64,000 nucleotides of DNA from Paramecium tetraurelia (lineage: Eukaryota), in contig CT868363.1 in assembly GCA_000165425.1 (NCBI GenBank), positions 186,001 to 250,000 on the forward strand. The letters are read 5' to 3'. The translations under genes were made by a program, and so were the position numbers. Below the pieces are notes generated by a model. The model ran no database searches. It saw only the letters and a program-made list of their open reading frames with translations, and was not told the origin of the DNA. Below, in pieces: positions 25,223 to 38,570 of this stretch; position 1 is the first letter of the stretch; every line of letters starts with the position of its first letter.

Positions 25223-25784
25223 TAATTTTAAAATCAATATATAATAAAATATATTTATATCCATTCAATCAATATGATAAAATAACTAATATAATTAGTT
25301 AAATTTGATTTATCATTCATAAAAAAGAGGTAGATTTGACTATTTAGTCGTAAAACTTGATTTTATGAGAGTCCGAAATTATTATATATTTACATTTTTA
25401 CTTTTATTAAAATCCTATGAAGTTATGTAATTCAAAAATCTTTAAGTTTTATTTAACAAAATTGGTTAATAAATTAATTGTATACAGTTTTAATTGCTCA
25501 TAAATGTTTGATTTATTTACGATAACCATAAATCTATCAATTTGATCGAATTACTACCATTTTTGAGAATTATATATCATATAATTTACAAATTACTTAA
25601 TTATTAATAGTTAAACCTTTTGTAAAAATTAAGTAGATAATAATAGGTAATCTCAAAATCAGAAGCACGAGAGACATTCATTAATTTAAAGCATAGAGCA
25701 CTACTTTTATAGTCCAAATTTAACCTAAATATCCTAAGTTTAATAGGGAGAGAAGAATAAAAAAAGATAATTAATTTAAATTTA

Positions 25785-26889
25785 ATGAAACAATCTAATT
25801 GGACTAAATTCATTGAAGAATTAGGAGAATCCGTGAATGAAGAGTTGAATGAAGAACTTCTATCGTAGGTTGTCAAGTGGCCTGATGAAAAAATGTCATT
25901 TCCTGAATTATAACATTATTTAAGCAATGAATTTTGGGTGCATTTTGATGAAGAAACCACACGAAGCAAACTGCATGATAAAGATAAATATTTGTAATAT
26001 GGTGTGTTGCCAATTTGGCAAAAAAAAGAAACATAAAATTCAATGACCTGGTATTTATAAAGTCTATGTTTGTACCTTAGATTAAAAAGGGTGTTTTTAA
26101 AGAGTTGTCAAGCATACTAGGACCGCCCGAGAAGTTCTTAAGATAAAGATGGCTGAGTCTCTTAAAGCAAAAATTAAATCAACTTCCTTGGTCAGAAGAA
26201 GAAGACAAAATATTAGTTGACTTAAAGATGTATTGATTTACATTTAAGAAAGTAAATATCCATAAGAAAGTTGGTCGTTTATAGTTGAATAATTTAATAA
26301 CAAAGCAGGATGTATAAGATATTCTAAGTAGATACGCGAAAGGTTTAATAATGTTATAGACCCTAATATAAATAAGTAAATCTTTTTTATATACAAAGAA
26401 ATCCATTTTCAGATGAAGAGATAAAATTCATTCTGCGGAAAGCCTATGAATTGAAGAAAAAATGGGCAAGTATCGCTAAACTAATGCCTGGGCGCACCGA
26501 TAATAAAATTAAAAACTGCTATAATTCAAAAATGAACAAAATCAAAAAGAAAATGCCAATTGTACTTCTAAAATATATCTTAGAATAAAGCCGACAGGAA
26601 AAAAGAACAAAAAATCTTGTAATACATTTAAAAATATGATACTTTTGATCCTGATGAGTTGGTAAATCAGATAGAACTAGATGAAAAAAATCAAAGTTCT
26701 ATTAAAATAGAATGTGCAAATGAAAACTCCAATACTTCAAACAATCAGAATTACATCCCTCCTATTATCCCAAGTTATCCCCCAATACTATTCATGTAAG
26801 GCCCTGTAATGTAGAGCTAATATTAAACTTAATATATTGGCATTCCAATGCTTGTTTTGAAAAAGATAGATGAAACAAGCCAAATTTGA
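25785..26889 (+). CDS. Myb-repeat transcription factor (5' end uncertain; apparent frameshift near 25986-25988)
   Basis: RQRWLSLLKQKLNQLPWSEEEDKILVDL, KQIRERFNNVIDPNINRNPFSDEE, KKWASIAKLMPGRTDNKIKNCYNS. Confidence 0.8.
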
Positions 26890-27427
26890 ACTATTAATGT
26901 ATATTTAATGTCTATGCATTCAATAAATAATTTTTGTAAATAGACCTTTTTAGATTATTGAAATTTTCTATAAAAATTTCATTAACAGATCTTAAAAGTA
27001 CTATTCATATGCTCAATGAATCTAAATCTGGCTTCTAAAGTATAACCAATAAAATAATATCATTCTCCTTGAATGATTCCTTCAAAGAATATTTAAAAAA
27101 ATTTAATTCTATTTCAAATATCTCTTGAAAATTCATGATACTAAAATTTTAATACTTACTAATATATTCTTAGCTGTAGCTGTTGAAAAAGAGCAAGTTC
27201 AGAATTATTTTGGACTATTTTTGAGATCTCTGAAATTGTTTTTATTTGGCTTATAAAACAATTATTTCCTTATTATTTTTTTATCTCAGGAACATTAAGT
27301 GTATTTTAGAGTGGATCCAATAGGGGCTATTATGAAAAAATAAAATAGTAATCTCATTTTAATTAATTATAATTATAATTCAACATAATTTCTACAAAAA
27401 TATTATGACATAATAATTAATAAATTT

Positions 27428-28630
27428 TCATTCAAACATTAATTTTTTCCATTCTTTTTTCTTCATGTAAAGAGATGCTGCACCTACGTGACCTCCTCCT
27501 CCAAATGACTCTGCAAGTACATCACATCTAAATCTATTGAGTAGAACTCCATTTTCATCATGATGAGCTGATCTCAAATGAATTTTATACTAAGTAGAAT
27601 TACTTTTATCATCATGATAAACAGCACCTAAATTTTGATCACCTGACCTCATAGCCAAAATACCTAAGGCATTACCTAATGGATTCATTATGCTTAAATC
27701 ATCGCAATATAATGAATAGCCCACTGCATCCTTTCCAAATACCACTGTTTTACGATTCTTTACTAAATTTTCAACTTTCTTATTTCTTTAAATAGCTAAC
27801 TGTTTTCCTTCCTTAACTAAAAAGTCAAAGTCAAATTCTAATAATTTATAAAAGATTGCTGGATTTTAACGAACATCGAATTACAATCTTCTTCTCATTA
27901 TGGCCATCTGCAAAGGTTCTGTTTCAGGATATTATAACACAAATAAATCATTATCTGAAATGTATTTTGTAAATAATGTAAATTTGGTTCCAATATTTGG
28001 AGGAAGTAATGATGTATATTTAGTTTAAAATATTTATTCATGAAAGTCTTACACTAAGAGACATGCAGCTTTTTCTATGCTTACTAGCATAAATAGATTG
28101 TCAACTCCTGACACTTTATTTAAGACTTAATATTTTTCTATTTTAAAATCTGGAATAGCATTTACACATGTTTAGTGATGATCAACTACAACCACATATT
28201 AAAACTTTTTTGTTAATAATAATAAATTATCCCAAGTTCTTCCAAAATAATCAACAATTATCAAAATTGAGGATTTAGAGTCATCATTTAAAAATTTGAT
28301 TATTTTCTAAACTTCATTAGAATCTTCGCTCAATCTAATGGGCATATAACAGAGATCCTAAATAGTTGGATAGAAAAATCCCATATTCTGATTCTCAATT
28401 GGCTCATCTTGATAATTAATTTCTTGCTTATACTCTTATGGTTTTTGGATTTCTTTTGATATTTTAGAAAGTTCAGATTTGAGTAATTCAAGGTATTATT
28501 GGATTGTCCAGTTATCCTTTCTGATTTTAACAAGAATAGGTAATACAAGACCTGTTAGAGAGTAAATTCCATCTAAACAAGGATCATGATATATGACATA
28601 TAGTTTGCTTGAGGGTTCTTTATTTTACAT
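27428..28630 (-). CDS. DHH-family phosphoesterase with DHHA1 domain, 400 aa, intronless
   Basis: VIYHDPCLDG, IIVDY, VVVDHHQT, YISDNDLF, IHLRS, LAESFGGGGHVGAAS. Confidence 0.9.
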
Positions 28631-28711
28631 AATTAAATAATGAAATTTATTTGAATGATTCCTCTTTGAAATTGATTTTGGCAAGGTATTATTTGTTAAA
28701 TTATTAAATTA

Positions 28712-31070
28712 ATGGAATCGAAACTTAATGAATTTGAAATTTTGAATAAATTAGGCGAAGGTAGTTTTGGATAAGTGTATAAAGTGAGACGTAAGGCTGA
28801 TAAGTAGACTTATGTTATGAAACAAATCAACATTTCAAAAATGAATGCTAGAATGAAAAATGAAGCTTTAAACGAAGCGAGTATCTTAGCTAAATTGGAC
28901 AGTTCATATATTGTGAAATATTATGAATCCTTTATAGATAAGTAATTGCTATGCATAGTAATGGAATTTTGTGAAGGTGGAGATTTGCATAAACTATTAA
29001 AAATGTAAATGGGAAGACCATTGCCAGAAAATTAAGTTTGGAGATTTTTCATCCAAATAACATTAGGTTTAGCCTTCCTTCATAAAAATAAAGTTCTACA
29101 TAGAGATATTAAATCAATGAATATTTTTCTTTCAAAAGATCAGGTTCGGATTGGAGACCTTGGAGTCGCTAAACTATTGAATGATCAAAATAACTTTGCG
29201 AATACAATGGTAGGAACCCCCTACTACCTATCCCCAGAAATGTGTGAGGAAAAACCCTATAATGAGAAAAGTGATATTTGGGCTTTGGGTTGTGTGATAT
29301 ACGAACTCTGCACTTTTAAACATCCCTTTGAAGCCAATAGCCAAGGTGCTTTGGTACTTAAAATAATAAGAGGAAGATATGAGCCAATTGGATAAATGTA
29401 TTCCTAAGCATTAGCATAATTGATCGATTAATGTTTATAAAAGGATTACAGACAAAGGCCTGATGCTTTCTAATTATTACAACAGTCAAGTAATTATAAA
29501 TATCAAATTAGACAGGCCTGATTTAATAAGCATAGAACTTGAGGATGCAATTAAACTTAAATTAGCCTCATCCAAACTCAAAACAGACCTCCTCAATATA
29601 ACCTTAATAGACTCCTCTAATCAGCAAACCTAAAGAAGTTTAGCCTCCTTTAGCCACTCCAGTCCCAGTATCTATAAAAAGTACTCCCCAAGGAAAACCT
29701 TTGAAAACAAAAGCTCCTCAATCATCTTAGAATTTATAATTAGAAGTAAAAGGAAAGCAGGAACCTGTGAGAGATACTCCTATTGTGTAAAAAAAAATAG
29801 TATAAGTCCCACCTCCATCTGCTCCAAATCTAGTCCAAAATTAAAAAAATGATGACTTTTATAAGGACTGGAGAGATAAGGTTTCAGAATTGCAAAAACA
29901 AAAATAAGATGATCGGATAGTTGTCACGAGACCTGAATTATTAAAGGCAGAATTTCAACCAAATAAAATTACTATAATTTCATCTCAATCTAATAATAAT
30001 CCATACAATTAGGAATAAAATATTTTCTCAAGCTAGTAAGTATAACCTACGAAGAAACCAATAGTGTAAGTAAGATCGAAGGTGTCAAATCCTAACATAG
30101 AAGAAGTTGATAAAAAAAGAATTCGAAAAGGACCTCCAAAGGAACCTGCGAGATAAGTCAAAGAACCTTTAAGGAAGGCTGAAAATATTGAATTAACAAA
30201 AGAAACACCTAAATAAAATAAAACTAAAAACACAAAATAATAAATTTGTTCATAGGAAGAAGTTGATATGGTATTGAATTTACCTGAATTTGTATCTAAA
30301 GATGAAAGCAATATCAAAGTCATTTAACCTGAAAAGGAAATCATAGACATTGCTTCATTTGCTGATGAAATTCCAACCACTTTTGTTGAATCTTAAGATG
30401 ACATGGAATCTAATCATTATGTTTAAGTACAATTTAAATCAGAACCAAACACAGTAAATAATAAGAATAATTAAAATAATGATGAAAATTAATAGGATTC
30501 AGACAAAGGAGTAATTATCATTTTTAATTTCTAGGCTTACACAGATCCTGAGGATTGTGAATAGGAAAATGAAGAATAAGGAAAGGATGATACTGCTGAT
30601 TATGGAGATGAAGCTCCAATTTAAAATAGAAACATATAAACAATTTAAGAGGAAGCTTTTGAAGATACAAACTAATGCAATCAGTTTATTGAACTCTGTG
30701 TTGATAATAAGAAAATGGATCTAAATAAATAATTGTTGGAAGCTGAATAAAGAAAAATGGAATTAGAATAGTTCCTTCAAATCAAACGAAAAGAATGTAT
30801 TCAGGATTTAGGATAAAGATTATTTGAAGAAGTCATCAATTTCTTAAGGGCTAAATTAAATGTAATATATACGTTAAAGATTCTTAGTCTCAAGAAGAAT
30901 TGAATGATAGAGATTAAGAAGAAATAGACGACTTGATCCAAAATAAGTTGCTAAATACAAAGAACCCATAAATTATTTATGTAATCTACAAAATTTTGCA
31001 CTTTGAGATAGAAATCACAAAAAGTATTGATAAAATTAAGGATCTATCTGAATAATTAATTAACTTATGA
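28712..31070 (+). CDS. NIMA-related (NEK) Ser/Thr kinase with long C-terminal tail; three introns
   Basis: [64 protein letters not shown]. Confidence 0.95.
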
Positions 31071-31702
31071 TAATCATTTAAATAAAGCCAACTATTTTTT
31101 ATCATCAATCCACATGCAAAAAAATACCATCAACAATTTTTATTTTATTTTCAAAGGACCTTGTAGAAAATTTATGAAAACTAAGCATCAACAACAACTC
31201 TTAAAATGTAAATTTCTTATCTTAGATATAACTCTATTTTTTCTATACTTCTTTAGTATTATAAATGTTTTATCATTCAAAAAAATTAATCTAACTCATC
31301 TGAACCATAATAATATGTTATCCTTTATTTGTTATTTAACTTTCAAAGTAAAATTCTCCGCCTATCCCAATATGGTTGTTCTTATGATCATGATTGCTCA
31401 ATTCATAAATAATAAATCTTGGGGTAAAGTCATATTCAAATTGAGCGTATTCAATTGAGTTAGATTAGTAAAGAATATAAGAATCTTTTAACAAATAAAA
31501 ATTTTCTAAATAATTACTTAACATTATTATGAGCCTTGAACATCCTAAAAATGGATCAAATCCGAAATTAAATTCAGGAGGATATATTTCATTTTATCGT
31601 TGAGTTAGATCATGGAACAATAGTTTTTCTAGATATTATCATCCCAAGAATAATGAGACTTCTTTTATTATATAATAATAAAATTAACAAATTAATCACT
31701 GA

Positions 31703-32927
31703 ATGGGAATAATTCAACCAAAACTAAATAACTTTTTCAACTTACAGATTAAATATCATTTATAGAATTTTGAATCTTATACAATAAAATTAAGTGACAT
31801 CTTGGAAGGTTAAGATTTGAATCCATAGTATAAGGAAGATCTCACAAAATTATTCAAATTACTATAAATTTAATACAATGAAGAATTAGAGATTGATAGA
31901 TATGAGTTTAGTATTATTATTGTAATGATTAAAATATAATAACAAGATATTATTTACTAAAATTACTTTGGAACATAAATTGGAACAAATATTTTGCTTG
32001 ATAACTGAGACAGGAATTTTGAGTTTCTAGGAATTTTTTTGGTTAACACAATCATTTGCAAGAGCCACATGCAAAGTCAATTTATTGCCCATTCCGATTT
32101 TTGATTAAATCCTGAAACTTGCGCAGAAGATGTATTAATAAATGAGAAAGGATATTGATGAAAACTTAATGCTCATTGAAGTGATAGACTATGTCAAAAG
32201 TAATTCTGAGATTTCACAATTCTTTCTGTAGTTCTATAAAATCTAAACTTATGAAAATGCCATTCGTTAATAGGAAATGCAATTACAATCCTATACAAAA
32301 TTATTTGTTTAATCAATAGGTTTGACAAGAAAATATGTTAATGTTGATTAATTGACCAAGAATTGGAATATGGGAAATCTTGATAAATAGCATCAGCAAT
32401 ATTTAATATCTCTTATGTTGAAACAAAAGTAGAACAAGTAAAAATAAACAAATTTTATCAAATTATCTTAATTTTTACATGTAATTTCAAACTACTTGGC
32501 TTATATTGTTAATGATATAGAAAATACTAATAGTTTATCAATTGATTTTATTACATATTTGGTTTATGCCTAAGAAGAGATTATTATAACTGCTGATAGG
32601 TTCGAAAAAATTAAATAGGCCCTTTGCAAAGACCGCTAATTTATTACTTTACATATGTGGATGGATTATCAATGTATCCAGGAGTGTAATAGGTTTGAAT
32701 CCCAATTGAGATCATTAATCAGGTATTATGAACAAATCTATTCAAATATAGATTTCAATCAACTTATCTAAAAAATTAAAAAGTTGGTTAAAAAAAATGA
32801 AAAAAGCAACCAAATATAAAGTCAATATATAAATAAATTTTTATAAAATTGGTTACAAAGTCCAGAACTATATAATGTAGGTAGCATTGAATTGAAATTA
32901 AAGATTGAATAACTTCTTAACAAATGA
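31703..32927 (+). CDS. Degenerate EF-hand protein (calcineurin-B/NCS-like N-lobe), 399 aa; one 25-nt intron
   Basis: MG start; EIDRYEFSIIIILFTKITLEHKLEQIFCLITETGILSFQEF; frame closes at TGA 32925-32927. Confidence 0.6.
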
Positions 32928-32968
32928 ATTATTTAATTTCATATAGAATAGCTTTCTTAATTAAAAAT

Positions 32969-34130
32969 TCAATTATAAAATTAATCAAAAGTGGGATTAA
33001 ATTGTGGAAACTACTCTTTAAATTATACTCTAGCTTATTGAACTATTTTAGTTCTTATCTTTTAGATTTTTAAGAAACCTAAATAAGCTTAATTGATATC
33101 CTCATTTAGTTCTTCAAATAACTAATCCAAATCCAAATTTTTATGCAATATTGAATGATATCTTGAAGTAAAAATTCTTAAAGGCTCTACTTAAGGTTAA
33201 GACTCTAAAGGCTTAATTAAATGATAAGTATCATTTTCGATTTATTTTATAATTTCTACAATTAAATCTTAATTTTTTGTTAAAATAAATTCAATGATAT
33301 TGACATCACATATATCAGTAATTTAGGATTTTAGCTGTTTTAAATAATCTCCGCTAATTTTAATTTACTAAAGAGAACCCTATGCAAATTCCTCAATTCT
33401 ATTTATTTGATTCCTTGTGGCTATTTAAACTTTGACATCTAGATCATGTATCACAGATCGATATTTGGCTTCGCCTAAAGACTCTTAAATACTCCTTATC
33501 CAATATTGAAAGTCAATTTCTTTTAGTGCTTAGAAAAAGTATAATTTTCTTTCATTTTCAATTTAGAAATCAAATTTAGTGCTATTCTACCAAGTGAAAA
33601 GTTTAACATTATCTAAACTGCTTAATTTTATTTTCTCTAAATAGTCTTAGCATTTGTACCTTTTTTTTCGTTCTTAAATCCAAAGTATGTTTGAGACAAA
33701 TAAACTTATGTTGCAACATATACGCCTAATTTATTCTTTTTTAAAAGTTTTCCATAGGCCTTAAAATTATCATCTTTATTAATTCAATATCAATACCAAA
33801 ATATCTAGGATACTTTTGCCCTTATGTTTGTTATTTTTTCGAAAAATTGCAGAAAACAAACTTGCTATTATTATTATGCAAAACGTCTTCTACTTTCTCA
33901 TAATCCCATAGTCTTCTTTATACAGAAGAATAGATCAAAACAAGATGTAAGTCTTATTTATCATCATCCCCATGAATGTATTACAAAAGATCACCTACAA
34001 GCATGTTTTATTTGATGTCAATTGTAATTTAACTTGTATAGCTAGTATCTACGTAGATTGATACAGAACGTTTTTCAGAAGTTTGTTGAAGCTTTGAGGG
34101 AATCCATTAAGTGAAAAAGCCTTAATTCAT
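32969..34130 (-). CDS. RA(ubiquitin-fold)-PH tandem protein, 371 aa; introns 33774-33796 and 33637-33659
   Basis: VSIYVDTSYTSQITIDIKQNMLVGDLLQ...LHLVLIYSSVQRRLWDYEKVEDVL...KFVF, then PH-like AYGKLLKK...LYFFQALKEIDFQYWIRSIQESL. Confidence 0.65.
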
Positions 34131-34518
34131 ATAATATTAGTTTCCGTAAATTATATTAATAGTGACTCATTATTGCTTTTTTCGTATTTAATCAAAGAAA
34201 TATAGAGAAGGGATGTCTCTCCATTAGTAAATTGTTAAAATGAACACTCCTTTATTAAATGGGTAGTTTAAAATTATTATTATATCTCTAAACACTTCAA
34301 TAAATATATATGGAAAATGAACTTGAACAGTTTAATCAAAGAAATTATATTTGATTAATGCATGCGTATTTTTATTACAATAATAAATAAATAAATTTAT
34401 AATTTAGAGAAATCTTGCACTAAGCCTTTTACAATTAATTGATAGTATACTTTAAAACATAAGTAGAAATTAAAAAATATAAATATATTTATTATTAACG
34501 GATACTTGGGAAACAGAA

Positions 34519-37021
34519 ATGTTAAACCAAAAAACCATATAAAAGATTCCACAAAATTGTAATATGATAGTTAAAGTTCTTTCTTTTATCAATAATGATG
34601 AAGGTATTATTTTCAACAAATATATTAGAAGATTAATCTCAAGAGGAAATAGAAAAGAAGCAAAAAGGTAAATTATTATCAATAATATTCAGTATTTGAA
34701 ATTCTAAGAACCAGTATGCAATTATAGGAAGTTGAAGACTAAGAAAATGATTATGAATCTGATTATATTCCTGTTCCATGTGAAGAAGCTTGCTTTTCTT
34801 AATAAAGCACTCAAAAATCTCAGCAATCTCAATACTTAAGATCACCTTTGTAAACGTTTACTCAACATTTTTAAAATTAAAATAAAGGATTTGTAGGAAA
34901 ACTTTTTACTCTTACTGATGAAACAGAATATACAGTTGATGATCGCAAACCAACTCATACTAGAGGTCCAAGCAAAATCTAAGAAATTTTATAGGATTTA
35001 TAAGCAAATGTTGCTGATGACATTATGAAAATGGCAAACGATATCATTAAATTTACTGAAAATAGTTCAAATACAAATGGAAGTGCTTAATTTATTCAAA
35101 GCGATTCAAAATTAAAACCACACATAAGTTAATACAAAGCAAATTAACAACCAAGAGAAACAAAGGCTAATAATCTTAGAGATGGATTCAAATTATTTGA
35201 AAAGCAAAATAGTTAAAAATAACTTAAATCTGACACATAATTAGACAAATAAAGTTTAAAATCTAATTGTTAAAATGAACCATAAAAATATATATAGTAA
35301 TTGCCAAAGACTAACTATTAAACGAACGCAAACAATTACAATTCAAACAATACTAATTACAATTCTCATTATAATACTAATGCATCTGTTTAAAAAAATT
35401 AATAAAAGTCAGAGAGAAATTCTTAAGAATATACAAAAAATAATTCTAATCGAAATAGTTATTCTTAACAAATTATAAATACTAGAACTAGTTAGGAATA
35501 AATTAATTGCAACTCTTCATAAAATTCGCTCCAACAAAATTCTCCAAATCAGGATGATCAAAGGCATCAATATTAATTCTATTCCAAAAAGCAAAACTCA
35601 AATAACAATAGTAATCGAGATTCTGTCTTTAGCAAAAAAAGTAAGTAGCATGAATTAGATGAATTTGATGAGAATTTCATATAAATTACGATAGTTTCAA
35701 AATAAATTCAAATAATAACCAGATTAGTTAAAATTTTTATGACACTGTTTAGAAATAATTCAACTTCTATCAAAATTCAGATGATGAAAATTAAGGTAAA
35801 TAATCAATTGAAAATTAAACTCCTAATTTAAATATTAGTAAGAAACTAGAAAAAGATAACTTAAGCATTAATAATAGTAGTACTCTAAACTTATTAAGTG
35901 ATAAAAAATCATATCAAGAATTTTGCGAACCTTGTTAAAATACATAAGAAAGTGATAAAAAATAAAATAGTTCTATTTAGAAAAAGAAAGTTAAACGAAG
36001 AAAAAGGTCTAGAATTCCTAAAAATATTAAATATTTTTTAGATATAATTGAGGAATAATCAAACGATTACTTCACTCCAGATAAATCATTATTGGAATCA
36101 AGTGAATGTCTTGATACGATATAATCAGTGCCTAATTTCGGAGAAAGTGAGCATGATAATATGAGCTACAGATCGGATCGTAAAAACTTTACAATCAGTG
36201 AAGGTAATAAAATTAAAATCAGAACTCCTAACACCTAAGAAATCAAGGAAGAATTATAATCTTCTGATTCATTTGATCGTCCCAATAGCTAGTTAATTAA
36301 TCAAACCTTAGTGAATTTTGAGGATATCGACTAAATTTTGAACCAAGTCCAAGGTTATAAGGCTTTACGATGCAAAAATTAAGAAGAAGAAGCCATTCTT
36401 GCTTCTTGGAATCGAGTATGCAACGAAATAATAAGAAAATAATTTACTTCCGGTGACTTTGGATCTCGAGAGGGTACTTTATTTAACTAAACATTAGATA
36501 TAAAATTAACTGGAAATTTAACAATAAAATTAGCATTGTTAAAAAAGATATTAACTATTTAATGCCCTCAATAGAAATTACTTTAATCATAATCAAAAAA
36601 CAGATTAAAATTCATTTGTAGAAAATTCTTGTTTCATTGAAACTGATTAATAACATTTGGAAAAGAGTGAATCAGAAATTCAAGGAGATGATAATAATGA
36701 CGCTGAAGTTGGAATGCTGAATAAATAATTTAGTCCCAATTTCAGTGATGTTTGCAAAAGGATATAATTCACTGGTCTTGAGGAACCAAAAATACTATTT
36801 GGAAAAGCAACATCTTCTAAAGATTTGCCAAATGTCTAAATATACAATACTAAATATGAATAATAATTATTGAATTATTAATTTTGAGTAATTATCTTAA
36901 ACAGTGTTTCCTTATGGTTGGAAGTCAATGGAATAATAATATTTTATTTATAGGAATTCATTCCAAAAATAATGATTTGGCACACATGAAAGAGTCAAGA
37001 TTTTGTAATTATGTCTTATGA
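34519..37021 (+). CDS. Low-complexity Q/N/S-rich hypothetical protein; both ends uncertain, at least one frameshift (~35683)
   Basis: Long code-6 open frames joined by 25-nt introns near 34603 and 34668; no recognisable domain. Confidence 0.5.
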
Positions 37022-37046
37022 TATTTATTATTATATTTCATATTTA

Positions 37047-37266
37047 TCAACCAATCAATCGAAAGTAGTTTCGCCATTAGCTGACTATTTGCATAAATAA
37101 TATTATTACTTTCAATCTTAATGCATTGAAATAATATCTAGCTACTGCATAGACTCCAATCAATGTATTTAATCCAACATACTTCATTCTTACTCCAAAA
37201 GGAATGGCTGTAATTTTGGTTGTTTTGGATCAAGAAATATGCTTAAGTGTAGACCTTCTTTCTCAT
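37047..37266 (-). CDS. Possible small protein (64 aa) with one 25-nt intron
   Basis: MRKKVYTQAYFLIQNNQNYSHSFWSKNEVCWIKYIDWSLCSSQILFQCIKIEISQWRNYFRLIG*; canonical-looking intron; no motif. Confidence 0.3.
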
Positions 37267-38194
37267 CAATATAAATTAATTAAATTATTAAAAATATTTT
37301 GAAGATAAAAATATTATCATTTACAAAACTTATACTAAATAAACAATTTCATTTGTGGATTTCTAAATCTCCCTTCATCTAATTATATTATATATCATTA
37401 CATTAATACTTAAAAAAACTAATTTAATGTATGGAGGTGCATTATATGTTATTTAAGAATGATATTAGACTGACTCTAAATATTTATATTATAATTATCC
37501 ATAATCTCAACAGTTTTATGAGGAAATTTATAGAATTGTATATTATATCTAAATCACAATTTATGCTATCTGTTTTTTTGAAGTCTGCAAATTCCTTTGC
37601 TAAAAGAAATAATCAAAGATTGAATTAAAAATAGTTTTTATTCAAAGGAGAAAATAAAATAACTAAATTTTAATAATTCTAAGAAGATAGAAAAAAAAAT
37701 AATATATAGTATTTTTTTTTTAAGAAATTTTCTTTGACTTGATAATCTGAGATGTTGTTGTATTTTGTGTAATCAAGGTCTTGCACAATTATTTTATTGA
37801 CAATAAGCATTATAGTTATTCAATACTGCCATTAGTTGCAAATAGAATTTTAGAAATAAAAATATTAAAAAGATGGATTTTCCCCGCTAATATAAAAGAA
37901 TCTATTCAGATTTCATAAATATACCAAATGACTTCCTCAAAACCATAATTTGAGACTTTCTTATTTCTTGGTTACAAGACAATATAAATCTTCAATATTT
38001 GGAATTGATTTAAAAATGAATTAATTCTAATTTTTGTATCAAAAACTTGTCAAACAAAATTAATTTTATTATCTCTCAACGTCTTAAAATATTATTTTTG
38101 GTCATAATAGTATTGAGATATTTACTTTCAATAATAATTTAGAATTAAATAGTATTTGTTAAACAAAGGTTTAATTAAATGTATATGAATAAAT

Positions 38195-38570
38195 TCAACT
38201 TTACTATCTTTGAGGGTGGCAAAAAAAGCATTAAACATTTTCATTTATACCATCATCGAAATCAACTCCTGGAAATTGTTTTTTTTTTTCTAACATATCT
38301 GTTTTCATCAACTCAAAAAATTGATCAAATGTCAATGTTTCTCTATCACCGATCTTATTATTTAACTATGGGGCATCATATGAGTCTCTATACAGTTTTC
38401 GAAGTGTTCCTGTCTATATTAAGCCATCCTAACATTTTGAATTTTATAATTACTTTTGGATCCAAAGAATCAAAAACATTTTTAATTCCCTCAACTTCTT
38501 TAATAGATAATCCAGAATTTTGTTAATAATGTTGAGCATTAAAATCATTTTAAGATGTGCTGTTACCCAT
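38195..38570 (-). CDS. Small centrin-like EF-hand protein (single lobe) with predicted N-myristoylation, 116 aa; one 25-nt intron
   Basis: MGNSTS...FNAQHYQQNSGLSIKEVEGIKNVFDSLDPKDGLIQTGTLR...ETLTFDQFFELM. Confidence 0.7.

Noticed and set aside
26930..27360. Possible small minus-strand gene between the Myb and DHH genes
   Set aside because: Frames are interrupted by TGA, with no consistent start or intron solution.
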